Made by a program: the position numbers and the translations under genes. A stretch of 64,000 nt of DNA from Chthoniobacterales bacterium (GTDB lineage Bacteria; Verrucomicrobiota; Verrucomicrobiia; Chthoniobacterales; DASVRZ01), in NCBI GenBank assembly GCA_038225185.1, contig JBBRFA010000003.1, positions 10,430 through 74,429 of the forward strand, read 5' to 3'. Shown here one piece after another: positions 45,653-54,537 of this stretch. The notes under the pieces were generated by a model. It saw nothing but the letters and a program-made list of their open reading frames with translations. It did no database searches and was not told the DNA's origin. Every line of letters begins with the position of its first letter. Position 1 is the stretch's first letter.

Positions 45653-47976
45653 TGGAACGCCCCCTCATTCAAAAAATCAATCTTGAGGAATTGACGGCCA
45701 TTTTCATTGGACCGCCAAGGAATATCCATCTGTTAGGTGTGGCAGGTTCCGGCATGAGCGGGCTGGCCGGTTTATTTCTGGCTTTGGGCCATCGCGTGAG
45801 CGGATGCGACCGCGTGTCGAGCCAGGAAGTGCAGAGACTCATCGGCTTGGGACTGCATTTTCACGCGCAGCAAACCGCCTTTTCCGTGCAGGATGCCGAA
45901 TATGTAATCTATTCCTCAGCGATAAAAGCTGGTAACCCGGCCTATGACGAAGCCGTGCGCCTCTGCCTGCCGTTGATTCGCAGAGCAGAGGCTCTTAGTG
46001 CCATCATGAGTGCCAAATCCGGTATTGTGGTTGCGGGGATGCATGGGAAAACCACCACATCCTCCATGGCGGCGCACGTCCTTCGCGTGGGCGGGATTCG
46101 GCCCTCGCATTATGTCGGTGCGGAAATTCCCATCCTCGGCACAAACGCCTATTGGGATGCGAGAGGCAGATATTTTGTGGCGGAAGGTGACGAAAGCGAT
46201 GGCACCCTGGTTAATTATCATCCCGAACATGTCATCCTCCTAAACATCGAGGAGGAACACCTCGATTACTATCGCGATCTGGCTCAGATCGAGGAGGTTT
46301 TTCTAACCCTGCTTCAGCAGACTTCGGGCAAGGTGGTTTATTGCGGGGACGATGCCAACACTTCGCGCGTTTCCAGAAATCATCCGGGTAAAATTTCCTA
46401 TGGAAAATCCGGGGGAGCCGATTATCGTTATAATATTGTTAGAACCGGCAATTTCCAGACCACCTTTACTGTCGAACATGCGGGAAAGGTTTTAGGCGAA
46501 TTTATTCTTAACATTCCCGGCCAGCATAATGTGAGTAATGCGGTGGCGGTGATCGCGCTTGCCACCGAATTAGGGGTGACTCCGGAGGCGATCAAAGAAG
46601 GGTTGCACAGCTTCCGGGGGGCACGCCGCCGGTTTGAAATCAAATATGCCGCCCGCGACATCCGTGTGGTGGACGATTACGGGCATCATCCCACGGAAGT
46701 GCAGGCCACCCTGGCCACAGCCAGGGAGGAGGGAGCCCGTCGCGTCATTGTTCTATTTCAACCCCATCGTTATACGCGCACGGCTGCGTTGAAAGATGCT
46801 TTCGGCGATGCTTTTCAACTCGCAGACATCACTTACGTCACCGACGTCTATGCCGCCAGCGAAAACCCTCTTCCGGGAATAAGCGGGCAAACCCTCGTCG
46901 ATGCAGCTCAAGCCCAAGGCGTCCGCCAGATTTTTTATCGTCCGCGCAAAGACTTTCTCTGGAAGGAAATCGCCCCCCAGCTACAGGCAGGGGATCTGGT
47001 GTTAACCTTGGGGGCGGGAGATATTCACGAGCAGGCTACGAAATTGGTTGCTGACCTTAAAATGGTGGATCAGATCGAAGCCATCACCGGCCCCGGCACG
47101 GTGCGTCTTTACGAGCCGTTAAGTCGTCACACAACATTGCGGGTCGGCGGTCCCGCCCAATTCTGGGTGGAGCCCACCACAGAGTCAGCCTTTGCCGGGC
47201 TGATTCGATTTGCCAATGCGGAGATCATTCCTTTCATGGTGGTGGGCAGGGGATCGAATCTGTTAGTGCAGGACGGTGGAATCCCAGGTATCGTGGTGCA
47301 TCCGGTGGGAGGAGAATTTGCCCGCATCCAGGTTAGCGGCACGATGATTCGGGCCGGGGTGGCGGTCAAGCTCAAGCAAGTGGCGGCTGCTGCGAGAAAT
47401 GCCGGCATCGGCGGTTTCGAGTGGATGGAAGGCATCCCCGGGGAGGTGGGCGGAAGTCTCCGCATGAATTCCGGCGCCATGGGAGTGGATACATTCTCAC
47501 AAGTGGTTAGTTTCCGTTATCTGGATGTCGAAGGACATCTGCATGAGGTGACTCCCTCCGAGGTCGATGTTCGCTATCGCAGTGTGCCCATGCTTGCAAA
47601 AAACTATGCGCTTTCGGCCATTTTTGAAGGGGTTCCCGAAGAACAGGCCAAGATCGACGCTTTGTTGCAGTCTTCACTCGAAAAAAGGAAATCCAGCCAG
47701 CCGATTGCGGCGAGTGCGGGTTGCATTTTTAAAAACCCAGCCGAGATTCCAGCGGGGAAGTTAGTTCAGGAATTGGGTCTTAAAAACACCAGCATAGGAC
47801 GGGCGCGCATTTCCGAGGTTCATGGCAATTTTATCGTGAACGACGGTGGAGCCAGTGCCGCTGAGGTCATGCGCCTGATTTCGAACATACAAACCACGGC
47901 AAAAGCCGAACGTGGCATCGATCTGGAGACAGAGGTGCAAATCGTGGGGGAACCTTTATTGCAAGAATATTTATGA
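45652..47976 (+). CDS. murC/murB: Bifunctional MurC (UDP-N-acetylmuramate--L-alanine ligase, ~aa 1-470) / MurB (UDP-N-acetylenolpyruvoylglucosamine reductase, ~aa 480-774) fusion
   Basis: MurC: GVAGSGMSGLA, GMHGKTTTSSM, DDYGHHPTE. MurB: LSRHTTLRVGGPAQFWVEP, VVGRGSNLLV, GSLRMNSGA, AGCIFKNP, HGNFIVN. A single uninterrupted 774-aa ORF. Confidence 0.9.
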   Translation: MERPLIQKINLEELTAIFIGPPRNIHLLGVAGSGMSGLAGLFLALGHRVSGCDRVSSQEVQRLIGLGLHFHAQQTAFSVQDAEYVIYSSAIKAGNPAYDEAVRLCLPLIRRAEALSAIMSAKSGIVVAGMHGKTTTSSMAAHVLRVGGIRPSHYVGAEIPILGTNAYWDARGRYFVAEGDESDGTLVNYHPEHVILLNIEEEHLDYYRDLAQIEEVFLTLLQQTSGKVVYCGDDANTSRVSRNHPGKISYGKSGGADYRYNIVRTGNFQTTFTVEHAGKVLGEFILNIPGQHNVSNAVAVIALATELGVTPEAIKEGLHSFRGARRRFEIKYAARDIRVVDDYGHHPTEVQATLATAREEGARRVIVLFQPHRYTRTAALKDAFGDAFQLADITYVTDVYAASENPLPGISGQTLVDAAQAQGVRQIFYRPRKDFLWKEIAPQLQAGDLVLTLGAGDIHEQATKLVADLKMVDQIEAITGPGTVRLYEPLSRHTTLRVGGPAQFWVEPTTESAFAGLIRFANAEIIPFMVVGRGSNLLVQDGGIPGIVVHPVGGEFARIQVSGTMIRAGVAVKLKQVAAAARNAGIGGFEWMEGIPGEVGGSLRMNSGAMGVDTFSQVVSFRYLDVEGHLHEVTPSEVDVRYRSVPMLAKNYALSAIFEGVPEEQAKIDALLQSSLEKRKSSQPIAASAGCIFKNPAEIPAGKLVQELGLKNTSIGRARISEVHGNFIVNDGGASAAEVMRLISNIQTTAKAERGIDLETEVQIVGEPLLQEYL

Positions 47977-48887
47977 GTTTGAAAATCGCAGTATTATTAG
48001 GAGGCCCGGGATCGGAGCGCGCGGTATCGTTGCGCTCGGGACGGGCGGTCGCCCAGGCCCTTCGCGAAGGAGGCCATGCCATCGAAGAAATCGTGATCGA
48101 CTCCGCGGAATTTGTTTTGCCCGATTCTATCGATATCGCATTCAACGCCATTCACGGCACTTTTGGTGAAGATGGCACATTGCAAACTGAACTTGAACGG
48201 CGGGGAGTTCCTTACACCGGTGATGCGCCCGAACCCAATCGTATCGCATTCGATAAAATTCTTTCCAAGGAAATTTTCCTTAAAGCAGGAGTAACCACGC
48301 CGCGCAGCGAGACCATTGCCGCAGGGGGCCGGCCATCGCTAACCCTGCCCCTGGTTGTCAAAGCTCCGCGCGAAGGGTCCAGCGTGGGGGTTTACATTTG
48401 CAAAACCGAACCCGAGCTGGAATCCGCACTCAAAAAAGTGGTGGATTACAGCCAGGAAATTCTCATCGAGGAATTCATCGCCGGTGAAGAGCTAACCGTT
48501 GGCATCCTTGGCGATCTGGCCCTTCCGATCATTCTCATCATTCCCAAGGATGGAATCTATGATTTTACCAACAAATATCCGTGGCTCAATCCAGGAGGCG
48601 CGGCCGAGCATTACTGCCCGGCACCGCTTACACCCGAGCTCACCCGGAAAATCCAGGCACTCGCCATGGCCGCACATCGGTCTTTGGGGTTGAAGGTTTA
48701 TAGTCGCGTGGATATTTTATTAACGGCAGAAGGCAACCCGTATGTTTTGGAGGTTAACACCATCCCTGGCATGACGGAGTCGAGCCTTTTACCCGAGGCG
48801 GCCGCAAAGGCAGGCATTGGCATGACCGTTTTGTGCGAACGCATCATCGAGCTATCGCTGGATCGAATCCGGGAGGTGGACGCATGA
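47973..48887 (+). CDS. ddl: D-alanine--D-alanine ligase
   Basis: ATGA overlap with the murC/B stop. IAVLLGGPGSERAVSLRSG, HGTFGEDGTLQ, the ATP-grasp core, and EVNTIPGMTESSLLP. Confidence 0.92.
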   Translation: MSLKIAVLLGGPGSERAVSLRSGRAVAQALREGGHAIEEIVIDSAEFVLPDSIDIAFNAIHGTFGEDGTLQTELERRGVPYTGDAPEPNRIAFDKILSKEIFLKAGVTTPRSETIAAGGRPSLTLPLVVKAPREGSSVGVYICKTEPELESALKKVVDYSQEILIEEFIAGEELTVGILGDLALPIILIIPKDGIYDFTNKYPWLNPGGAAEHYCPAPLTPELTRKIQALAMAAHRSLGLKVYSRVDILLTAEGNPYVLEVNTIPGMTESSLLPEAAAKAGIGMTVLCERIIELSLDRIREVDA

Positions 48888-49906
48888 TGTTTGAAGCTAG
48901 AACCGGTGATTCTCCCCGCCAGGGAAACCGGAAAAGTATCAATCGGCGAAGAAAAAAATCGCAGCACCTGCTCGACGTGCATATTCGGTCGGATAAAGCC
49001 CGCACCCAGCGCAACCAACGCGTCTTGTTGTTTTTTTCCAAGATATTACTGGTCTTCGGATTGCTGGCAGGAGCAGGTTACGGTGTGCGTTACGGGTTGA
49101 ACCATATTTTTTACGAAAACCCAAACTATCTCGTTGCCCACATCGAAGTCGAAAACGAGGGGACTTTGGGACGCGAAACGATTATGGAAGCCGCTGGTCT
49201 TCGCACTGGTGTTAATATTTTTTCCCTGTCGCTCAATAATGCCCGTGAAGCTTTGCTGGAGATTCCCCAAATCGAGGATGCCCAGGTTAGTCGCTCCCTG
49301 CCCGATACGGTAAAAATCGTCGTTACCGAACGCCACCCGGTGGCCTGGCTGGCTCCCACGCGGGAAAAAGCCGAGTCGCTCGATCATTCCCAGGCTTTGC
49401 TAATCGATGCCTCGGGTGTGGTCCTCAAAGCCAAGCAGGTTCTTGCCGAATATCTGCGACTTCCCATCATCGTGGGTGTGCCGGTTGAAAATCTACGCAT
49501 CGGCCAGCCAATCGCCGTTCCCGAGGTGCGCACCGCTCTTTCCATTCTCCAGAAATCGGACGATGCGCTGGCTGGCCGGTTCGATATCCTCTGGGTGGAT
49601 CTCTCCAGCGGCTATGCTTTTGAAATAAGAGATCGCGAAAACACCCGGGTGCGCCTCGGATCGGAAGATCTCGACGGTCAATTGATGAAACTTCGGCTTC
49701 TCCTCGATTACTGCGATGCGAATCAAAAGAAAATGGCCACGGCCAACCTCATGGTGCAACGCAATGTGCCGGTGACTTTTGTTAGCACCGAGCCGGAGGT
49801 GCCTGTCGCCGAAAAACTCCCGCCTTCCGCCTCGTCCACACGTGTGCGCAAGGCCATTCCCATTCCACCTGCAAAAACCAAGAAATCCACCAATGGCCAA
49901 GGATGA
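48884..49906 (+). CDS. ftsQ: Cell division protein FtsQ (POTRA domain)
   Basis: ATGA overlap with ddl. Basic N-terminus, one TM (VLLFFSKILLVFGLLAGAGYG), and a POTRA-like VEVENEGTLGRETIMEAAGL...I region. Confidence 0.8.
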   Translation: MMFEARTGDSPRQGNRKSINRRRKKSQHLLDVHIRSDKARTQRNQRVLLFFSKILLVFGLLAGAGYGVRYGLNHIFYENPNYLVAHIEVENEGTLGRETIMEAAGLRTGVNIFSLSLNNAREALLEIPQIEDAQVSRSLPDTVKIVVTERHPVAWLAPTREKAESLDHSQALLIDASGVVLKAKQVLAEYLRLPIIVGVPVENLRIGQPIAVPEVRTALSILQKSDDALAGRFDILWVDLSSGYAFEIRDRENTRVRLGSEDLDGQLMKLRLLLDYCDANQKKMATANLMVQRNVPVTFVSTEPEVPVAEKLPPSASSTRVRKAIPIPPAKTKKSTNGQG

Positions 49907-51113
49907 TATCGTAGTGGGCCTGGAAATTGGCACCAGTAAAATCTGTGTGGTCGTGGCAGAAAACCAGGCCGATGGCGGGATAAAAATTCTCGGTGTCGGA
50001 CAAGTGCCGTCGCGCGGCATTCGCAAAGGGGAAATCGTGGATTTCGATACCGCCCAGCAATGCATTCACGACGCATTGGTCGATGCGGAACAGAAATCCG
50101 ATATTGAGATCGACCGGGTATTCGTGGGGGTGACCGGTTCGCACATTGCCAGTTTTAACAGTCGTGGCGTTGTTAACATTCCCGAGGACCGCGGCGAAAT
50201 CTTTGAGGAGGACATCGAAAGCGTCCGTGAAAACGCGATCAATGTTAGCATCCCGGGGGAAAATTCGTTTTTGCACTCGATTCTGCAGCATTATTACGTG
50301 GATGATCGCGACGGCGTGCTCAATCCCGTGGGCATCCTCGGCAACCGTCTGGAAGCCGATTATCACATCATCCACGGCATTCGCAACCGCATCCAAAATA
50401 CACTGCGTTGTGTGCGGGAAATTCCCTTGAACGTGGACGACATCGTGCTCAACGGCCTCGCCTCCGCCCAGGTGGTGCTCGATCAGGAACAAAAAAATCT
50501 CGGTGCCCTCGTTCTCGACATTGGAGGCGGCACCACCGACTATGTTTACTATCAAGACGGCGCCGTGCAGCGCAGCGGTGTGCTCGCCGTCGGGGGCGAC
50601 CATATTACCAACGATCTTAGTTCCCTGCTGCGGATACCAATGGCCCGCGCCGAGCGTTTGAAGATAGAGGAGGGGAGTGTTATCGTCGGGAAAAGCATTC
50701 CCGGAGAAATCGTCACCTTAAAGGATGAAACCGGATTTGCCGGACGGGAGATCGAACGCGAAAAACTCAACACCATCATCCACATGCGGGTAAAAGAAAT
50801 TTTCGAGCTTCTACATCGCAGCCTCTCTTCAGACCCCAAATTCGCCATGATTGGATCGGGCGTTCACATCACGGGCGGTTGCAGCCTTCTCAAAGGGATC
50901 GATCAACTGGCTGCCGAGGTCTTCGGATTGGAGGTCACCCTCACCCACGCCCTTCCGATGGCCGGCATTACGTCCGCTTTTCAGAATCCGCAATACTCCA
51001 CCGCCATCGGCCTGGTCAAGTATGCGCAGGCTGTTCACTCAGAACGCGTTAATGATGGGGCGATAAAAAAATTCTTCAAATCAATCGGAGGGTGGTTCAA
51101 GAGATCTTCCTAA
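49893..51113 (+). CDS. ftsA: Cell division protein FtsA
   Basis: MAKDDIVVGLEIGTSKICVVVAE actin-like N-terminus, DIGGGTTD, and a C-terminal amphipathic KKFFKSIGGWFK. 14-nt overlap with ftsQ. Confidence 0.92.
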   Translation: MAKDDIVVGLEIGTSKICVVVAENQADGGIKILGVGQVPSRGIRKGEIVDFDTAQQCIHDALVDAEQKSDIEIDRVFVGVTGSHIASFNSRGVVNIPEDRGEIFEEDIESVRENAINVSIPGENSFLHSILQHYYVDDRDGVLNPVGILGNRLEADYHIIHGIRNRIQNTLRCVREIPLNVDDIVLNGLASAQVVLDQEQKNLGALVLDIGGGTTDYVYYQDGAVQRSGVLAVGGDHITNDLSSLLRIPMARAERLKIEEGSVIVGKSIPGEIVTLKDETGFAGREIEREKLNTIIHMRVKEIFELLHRSLSSDPKFAMIGSGVHITGGCSLLKGIDQLAAEVFGLEVTLTHALPMAGITSAFQNPQYSTAIGLVKYAQAVHSERVNDGAIKKFFKSIGGWFKRSS

Positions 51114-51133
51114 CAGTCTTTGCCCATCGGAAT

Positions 51134-52444
51134 ATGATCGCCATCAATCGTTCTCCAGCACCTGCCACCTTCACTCCCTTGAGTGCGCGCATCGTTGGCA
51201 TTGGCGGTGCCGGTTCCAGCATGATCGACCGTCTTTTGATCGATGGAATGGACGCCTCGCAGTTGATTGCCGTTAACACCGACGCCCAGTCCCTGTCCTC
51301 CTCGGTGGCGGCACAACGGATTCAGCTAGGCCATGCTCTTACGCACGGCTTGGGAGCTGGCGGCGATCCCGAAGTGGGGATGGCCGCCGCGCAGGATGCC
51401 CTTCCAGAGTTGCGCAAAGCGGTGGAGGGCGTGCAAGTCGTCTTTATCGCCGCAGGCCTGGGTGGTGGCACCGGGAGCGGAGCCGCTCCGTTTATGGCCC
51501 ACGCCGCCCGCGAAGCTGGCGCCCTCGTGGTGGCTCTCGTCACTCTGCCCTTTCATTTTGAGGGCAAACGCAGGAACGACCAGGCCAGAACCGGGCTGGA
51601 TCATTTACAGCAAATATGTCATGCCGTGATTTGTTTTGAAAACGACCGCATGTCGGAAATCGTATCGCCCAAGGCTGGCATTCAGCAGGCATTTCTAGCT
51701 GCGGAACAGACCTTTAGCGAATGTCTTCGGGGCATACTGGGCATGTTATCGCGACCCGGACTCATGAAAGTGGGCCTGGATGAATTATTAACCGTATTGC
51801 GCGGAAAAAATGCGCAGACGATCTTTGGTTACGGAGAGGCCGAAGGAGATAATCGCGCTCACGAAGCACTGGCACATGCCTTGAGAAACCCTTTGATGCA
51901 TCGCGGCAAACTCCTGGAAGATGCCTCCAACCTGCTCGTCTATGTCTCGGGTGCGGGCAATCTAACCCTGGCGGAGGTGGAAGTGCTGATGACCGAGCTA
52001 AACCGTCACATCGCGGATGACACCCGTATTCTGTTAGGCACGGGTATCGATTCGCGATTGGGTTCAAAAATGTCTGTTACCCTGATTAGTTCCCTGGGCA
52101 ATGAAAAAGCATCCACGGTGGCCAAACCAACGCAAATTCCATTGGTCGTATTAGCACAGAATGATCTGCTGGACGAAATCGAGGAAGCGGAGCAGGAACC
52201 CACCCACCCTGGGCCTGGGGAGGAGACCCTTCCTGTCGCGGCAAAAGTTGCACCCCCAAATCCGCGTCCGCGTCTGGAACCAGTGGTAGTATCCGTTCCG
52301 GCGGAAAAGTCCGTCCAGGTCAAGCAGGAAGTATTGCAGTTTGAGCCAATTTCGCGCGGACGATTCGAAAAAAGCGAGCCGACCATCGTCGAAGGGCACG
52401 ACCTGGATATACCCACCGTCTTGCGCAAAGGATTTCGGATCTAG
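51134..52444 (+). CDS. ftsZ: Cell division GTPase FtsZ
   Basis: IVGIGGAGSSMIDRL, the tubulin signature GLGGGTGSGAAP, and a C-terminal anchor peptide DLDIPTVLRKG. Confidence 0.93.
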   Translation: MIAINRSPAPATFTPLSARIVGIGGAGSSMIDRLLIDGMDASQLIAVNTDAQSLSSSVAAQRIQLGHALTHGLGAGGDPEVGMAAAQDALPELRKAVEGVQVVFIAAGLGGGTGSGAAPFMAHAAREAGALVVALVTLPFHFEGKRRNDQARTGLDHLQQICHAVICFENDRMSEIVSPKAGIQQAFLAAEQTFSECLRGILGMLSRPGLMKVGLDELLTVLRGKNAQTIFGYGEAEGDNRAHEALAHALRNPLMHRGKLLEDASNLLVYVSGAGNLTLAEVEVLMTELNRHIADDTRILLGTGIDSRLGSKMSVTLISSLGNEKASTVAKPTQIPLVVLAQNDLLDEIEEAEQEPTHPGPGEETLPVAAKVAPPNPRPRLEPVVVSVPAEKSVQVKQEVLQFEPISRGRFEKSEPTIVEGHDLDIPTVLRKGFRI

Positions 52445-52456
52445 CCTTTCTTTCCT

Positions 52457-53656
52457 GTGCCGGTAAATAAAATTCTCATCGTGGGAGGCGGCATCGTGGG
52501 ACTAGCCACCGCGCTGCGTTTGTTGGAGATGCGACCAGGATTGAAAGTCACCGTTCTCGAAAAGGAAGCAAGGGTGGGTAACCATCAAAGCACCCATAAC
52601 AGCGGAGTGCTCCATGCCGGGCTTTATTATAAACCGGGATCGACCAAGGCGCGTCTTGCTGTGGAGGGAATTCGCTCCATGGTGGCATTTTGTCAGCTAC
52701 ACGGCATTGCCCACGAAATTTGTGGAAAATTGGTCGTTGCAACTCAAGAGATCGAAGTGGAGCGGCTTAAAACGCTCTTGCAACGGGGCCGAGAAAATGG
52801 CTTGAGCGGATTACGATGGATGGAGCGGGAAGAAATGCTGGAGATCGAGCCGCATGTAACCGGTCTGGCGGCAGTGCGCGTGCCCGAGGAGGGCATCGTC
52901 GATTACCGCGCCGTCTGCGACCGGATGCTGCTGGAGATCGAACGCCTGGGCGGAGTGGTTCGCACAGATGCCAAAGCGGAAAAAATCGAGGCCGTCGCAG
53001 AGGGGTGGCGCGTGAGCACTCGGAGAGAGGAATTTTCCGCCGATTACCTGGTAAATTGTGCCGGGCTGCATTCGGATCGAGTGAGCGTTCTCGCCGGCGA
53101 AAATCCCTCCGCGCGCATCCTGCCTTTTCGAGGCGAATACTATCAACTTCGCAAGGAGCGCACGTTTTTAGTCAAGCATCTCATCTATCCAGTGCCCGAT
53201 CCGCAGTTTCCATTTTTGGGAGTGCATTTTACCCGCTTGATCCATGGTGGCGTCGAGGCGGGACCCAACGCGGTGCTGGCCATGGCCCGCGAGGGGTATC
53301 GCAAAACCGATTTCATCCCCAAAGATCTGGCGGAGGCACTCCTATTCCCTGGTCTCTGGCAATTTCTTGGCCGTTATCCACGCATGTGTTGGGAGGAATT
53401 GTTGCGGTCGCACAGCCGGCGTTTGTTTGCCCAATCGCTGCAACGTTTGATCCCGGAAATCGTGGAATCCGACCTGTCTCCAGGCGGCGCCGGGGTGCGG
53501 GCACAGGCAATTACCCGCACTGGTGAACTGGTGCAGGACTTTGCCTTGATTCAACGTCCTCGTGCCTTGCATGTTTTGAATGCTCCCAGCCCGGCGGCGA
53601 CGGCTTCGCTGGCGATTGGCGGCGAAATTGCCGGCAAGGTGTTAGCCGACTGTTAG
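52457..53656 (+). CDS. lhgO: L-2-hydroxyglutarate oxidase (FAD-dependent)
   Basis: GTG start. IVGGGIVGLATA FAD motif, HQSTHNSGVLHAGLYYKPGS, LPFRGEYYQL, LIYPVPDPQFPFLGVHFT, and NAPSPAATASL closely follow the LhgO pattern. Confidence 0.88.
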   Translation: MPVNKILIVGGGIVGLATALRLLEMRPGLKVTVLEKEARVGNHQSTHNSGVLHAGLYYKPGSTKARLAVEGIRSMVAFCQLHGIAHEICGKLVVATQEIEVERLKTLLQRGRENGLSGLRWMEREEMLEIEPHVTGLAAVRVPEEGIVDYRAVCDRMLLEIERLGGVVRTDAKAEKIEAVAEGWRVSTRREEFSADYLVNCAGLHSDRVSVLAGENPSARILPFRGEYYQLRKERTFLVKHLIYPVPDPQFPFLGVHFTRLIHGGVEAGPNAVLAMAREGYRKTDFIPKDLAEALLFPGLWQFLGRYPRMCWEELLRSHSRRLFAQSLQRLIPEIVESDLSPGGAGVRAQAITRTGELVQDFALIQRPRALHVLNAPSPAATASLAIGGEIAGKVLADC

Positions 53657-54462
53657 CTTTTGCGGGCGGCACGCAAAGCCTGGCGCATGCTATCCAGGGG
53701 CGCAGGCTGTCCGAGCCAGAATTCGAGGGAAAGCGCACCCTGATGGAGCAACAGGGAGACGCCGTTGGCCGAACGCGCTCCGGCGGCGCTGGCGGCACGT
53801 TGCAAAGGTGTCTCGCTGCCGACATACACCGTGTCGTAGATAAGATGACGATTGGTTAGAAAATGCACTGGTATGGGAGACGGATCGTCATGTTTCATCC
53901 CTACCGATGAGGCATTGATGATAAGGTCGATCTGAGGCAAAGAGTCAGCCAGTGCTTCCTCCGACCAGGGAATGGCCGTCGCGCCGAGCGCACGAGCCAG
54001 CGTGGCGGCTTTCTCATAAGTGCGATTGAGCAGGATAAGTCCCGGGCTTCCCAAGAGGGAAAATTGTGTCGCGATGGCCCGCCCGGCACCGCCACCTGCT
54101 CCGAGAATGAGCGTGCGCTGGGTGGCGGGATCGACCTGCAAATCCTCGGCGATGGCGCGGAGGATGCCGGGGCCGTCGGTGTTGCGACCAATGATGTGAG
54201 GTCCGCGAAAGGCAACCGTGTTTACAGCGCCTAGTTTTCGGGCATGATCATCCTGCCCGGTTAGAAAAGGCAGAACATCGGTTTTATGTGGGATGGTTAG
54301 GTTAACTCCGAGGAAACCGGCTGCCTGTAAAAGCGGCACAGCCTCGCCGATCTCACCGGCTGGGACATGGAGCCGGCAGTAACGTTCTGGTCGCCCGAGT
54401 GCTTCCAGGGCGGCGTTTTGCATCGGCGGCGAAGCGGAATGAGCCACCGGATCGCCGAGCAC
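53653..54462 (-). CDS. aroE: Shikimate dehydrogenase
   Basis: LGDPVAHSASPPMQNAAL, GVNLTIPHK, and ILGAGGGAGRAIA motifs. The only canonical start is GTG 54462, but the upstream 21 codons are open and protein-like (see findings). Confidence 0.88.
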   Translation of the reverse strand: MLGDPVAHSASPPMQNAALEALGRPERYCRLHVPAGEIGEAVPLLQAAGFLGVNLTIPHKTDVLPFLTGQDDHARKLGAVNTVAFRGPHIIGRNTDGPGILRAIAEDLQVDPATQRTLILGAGGGAGRAIATQFSLLGSPGLILLNRTYEKAATLARALGATAIPWSEEALADSLPQIDLIINASSVGMKHDDPSPIPVHFLTNRHLIYDTVYVGSETPLQRAASAAGARSANGVSLLLHQGALSLEFWLGQPAPLDSMRQALRAARKS

Positions 54463-54537
54463 GGCATAGCGGATGTGCGGTTCCTCCCAACGTCGCAGGT
54501 CGTCGATTTGATAGACGGATTTTATGACGTGCGCTCC

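Noticed and set aside
53653-53656. 4-nt overlap of the convergent stop codons of lhgO and aroE
   Set aside because: The overlap is real, but this is common compaction in dense genomes. No hairpin or other signal is associated, so it was not pursued.
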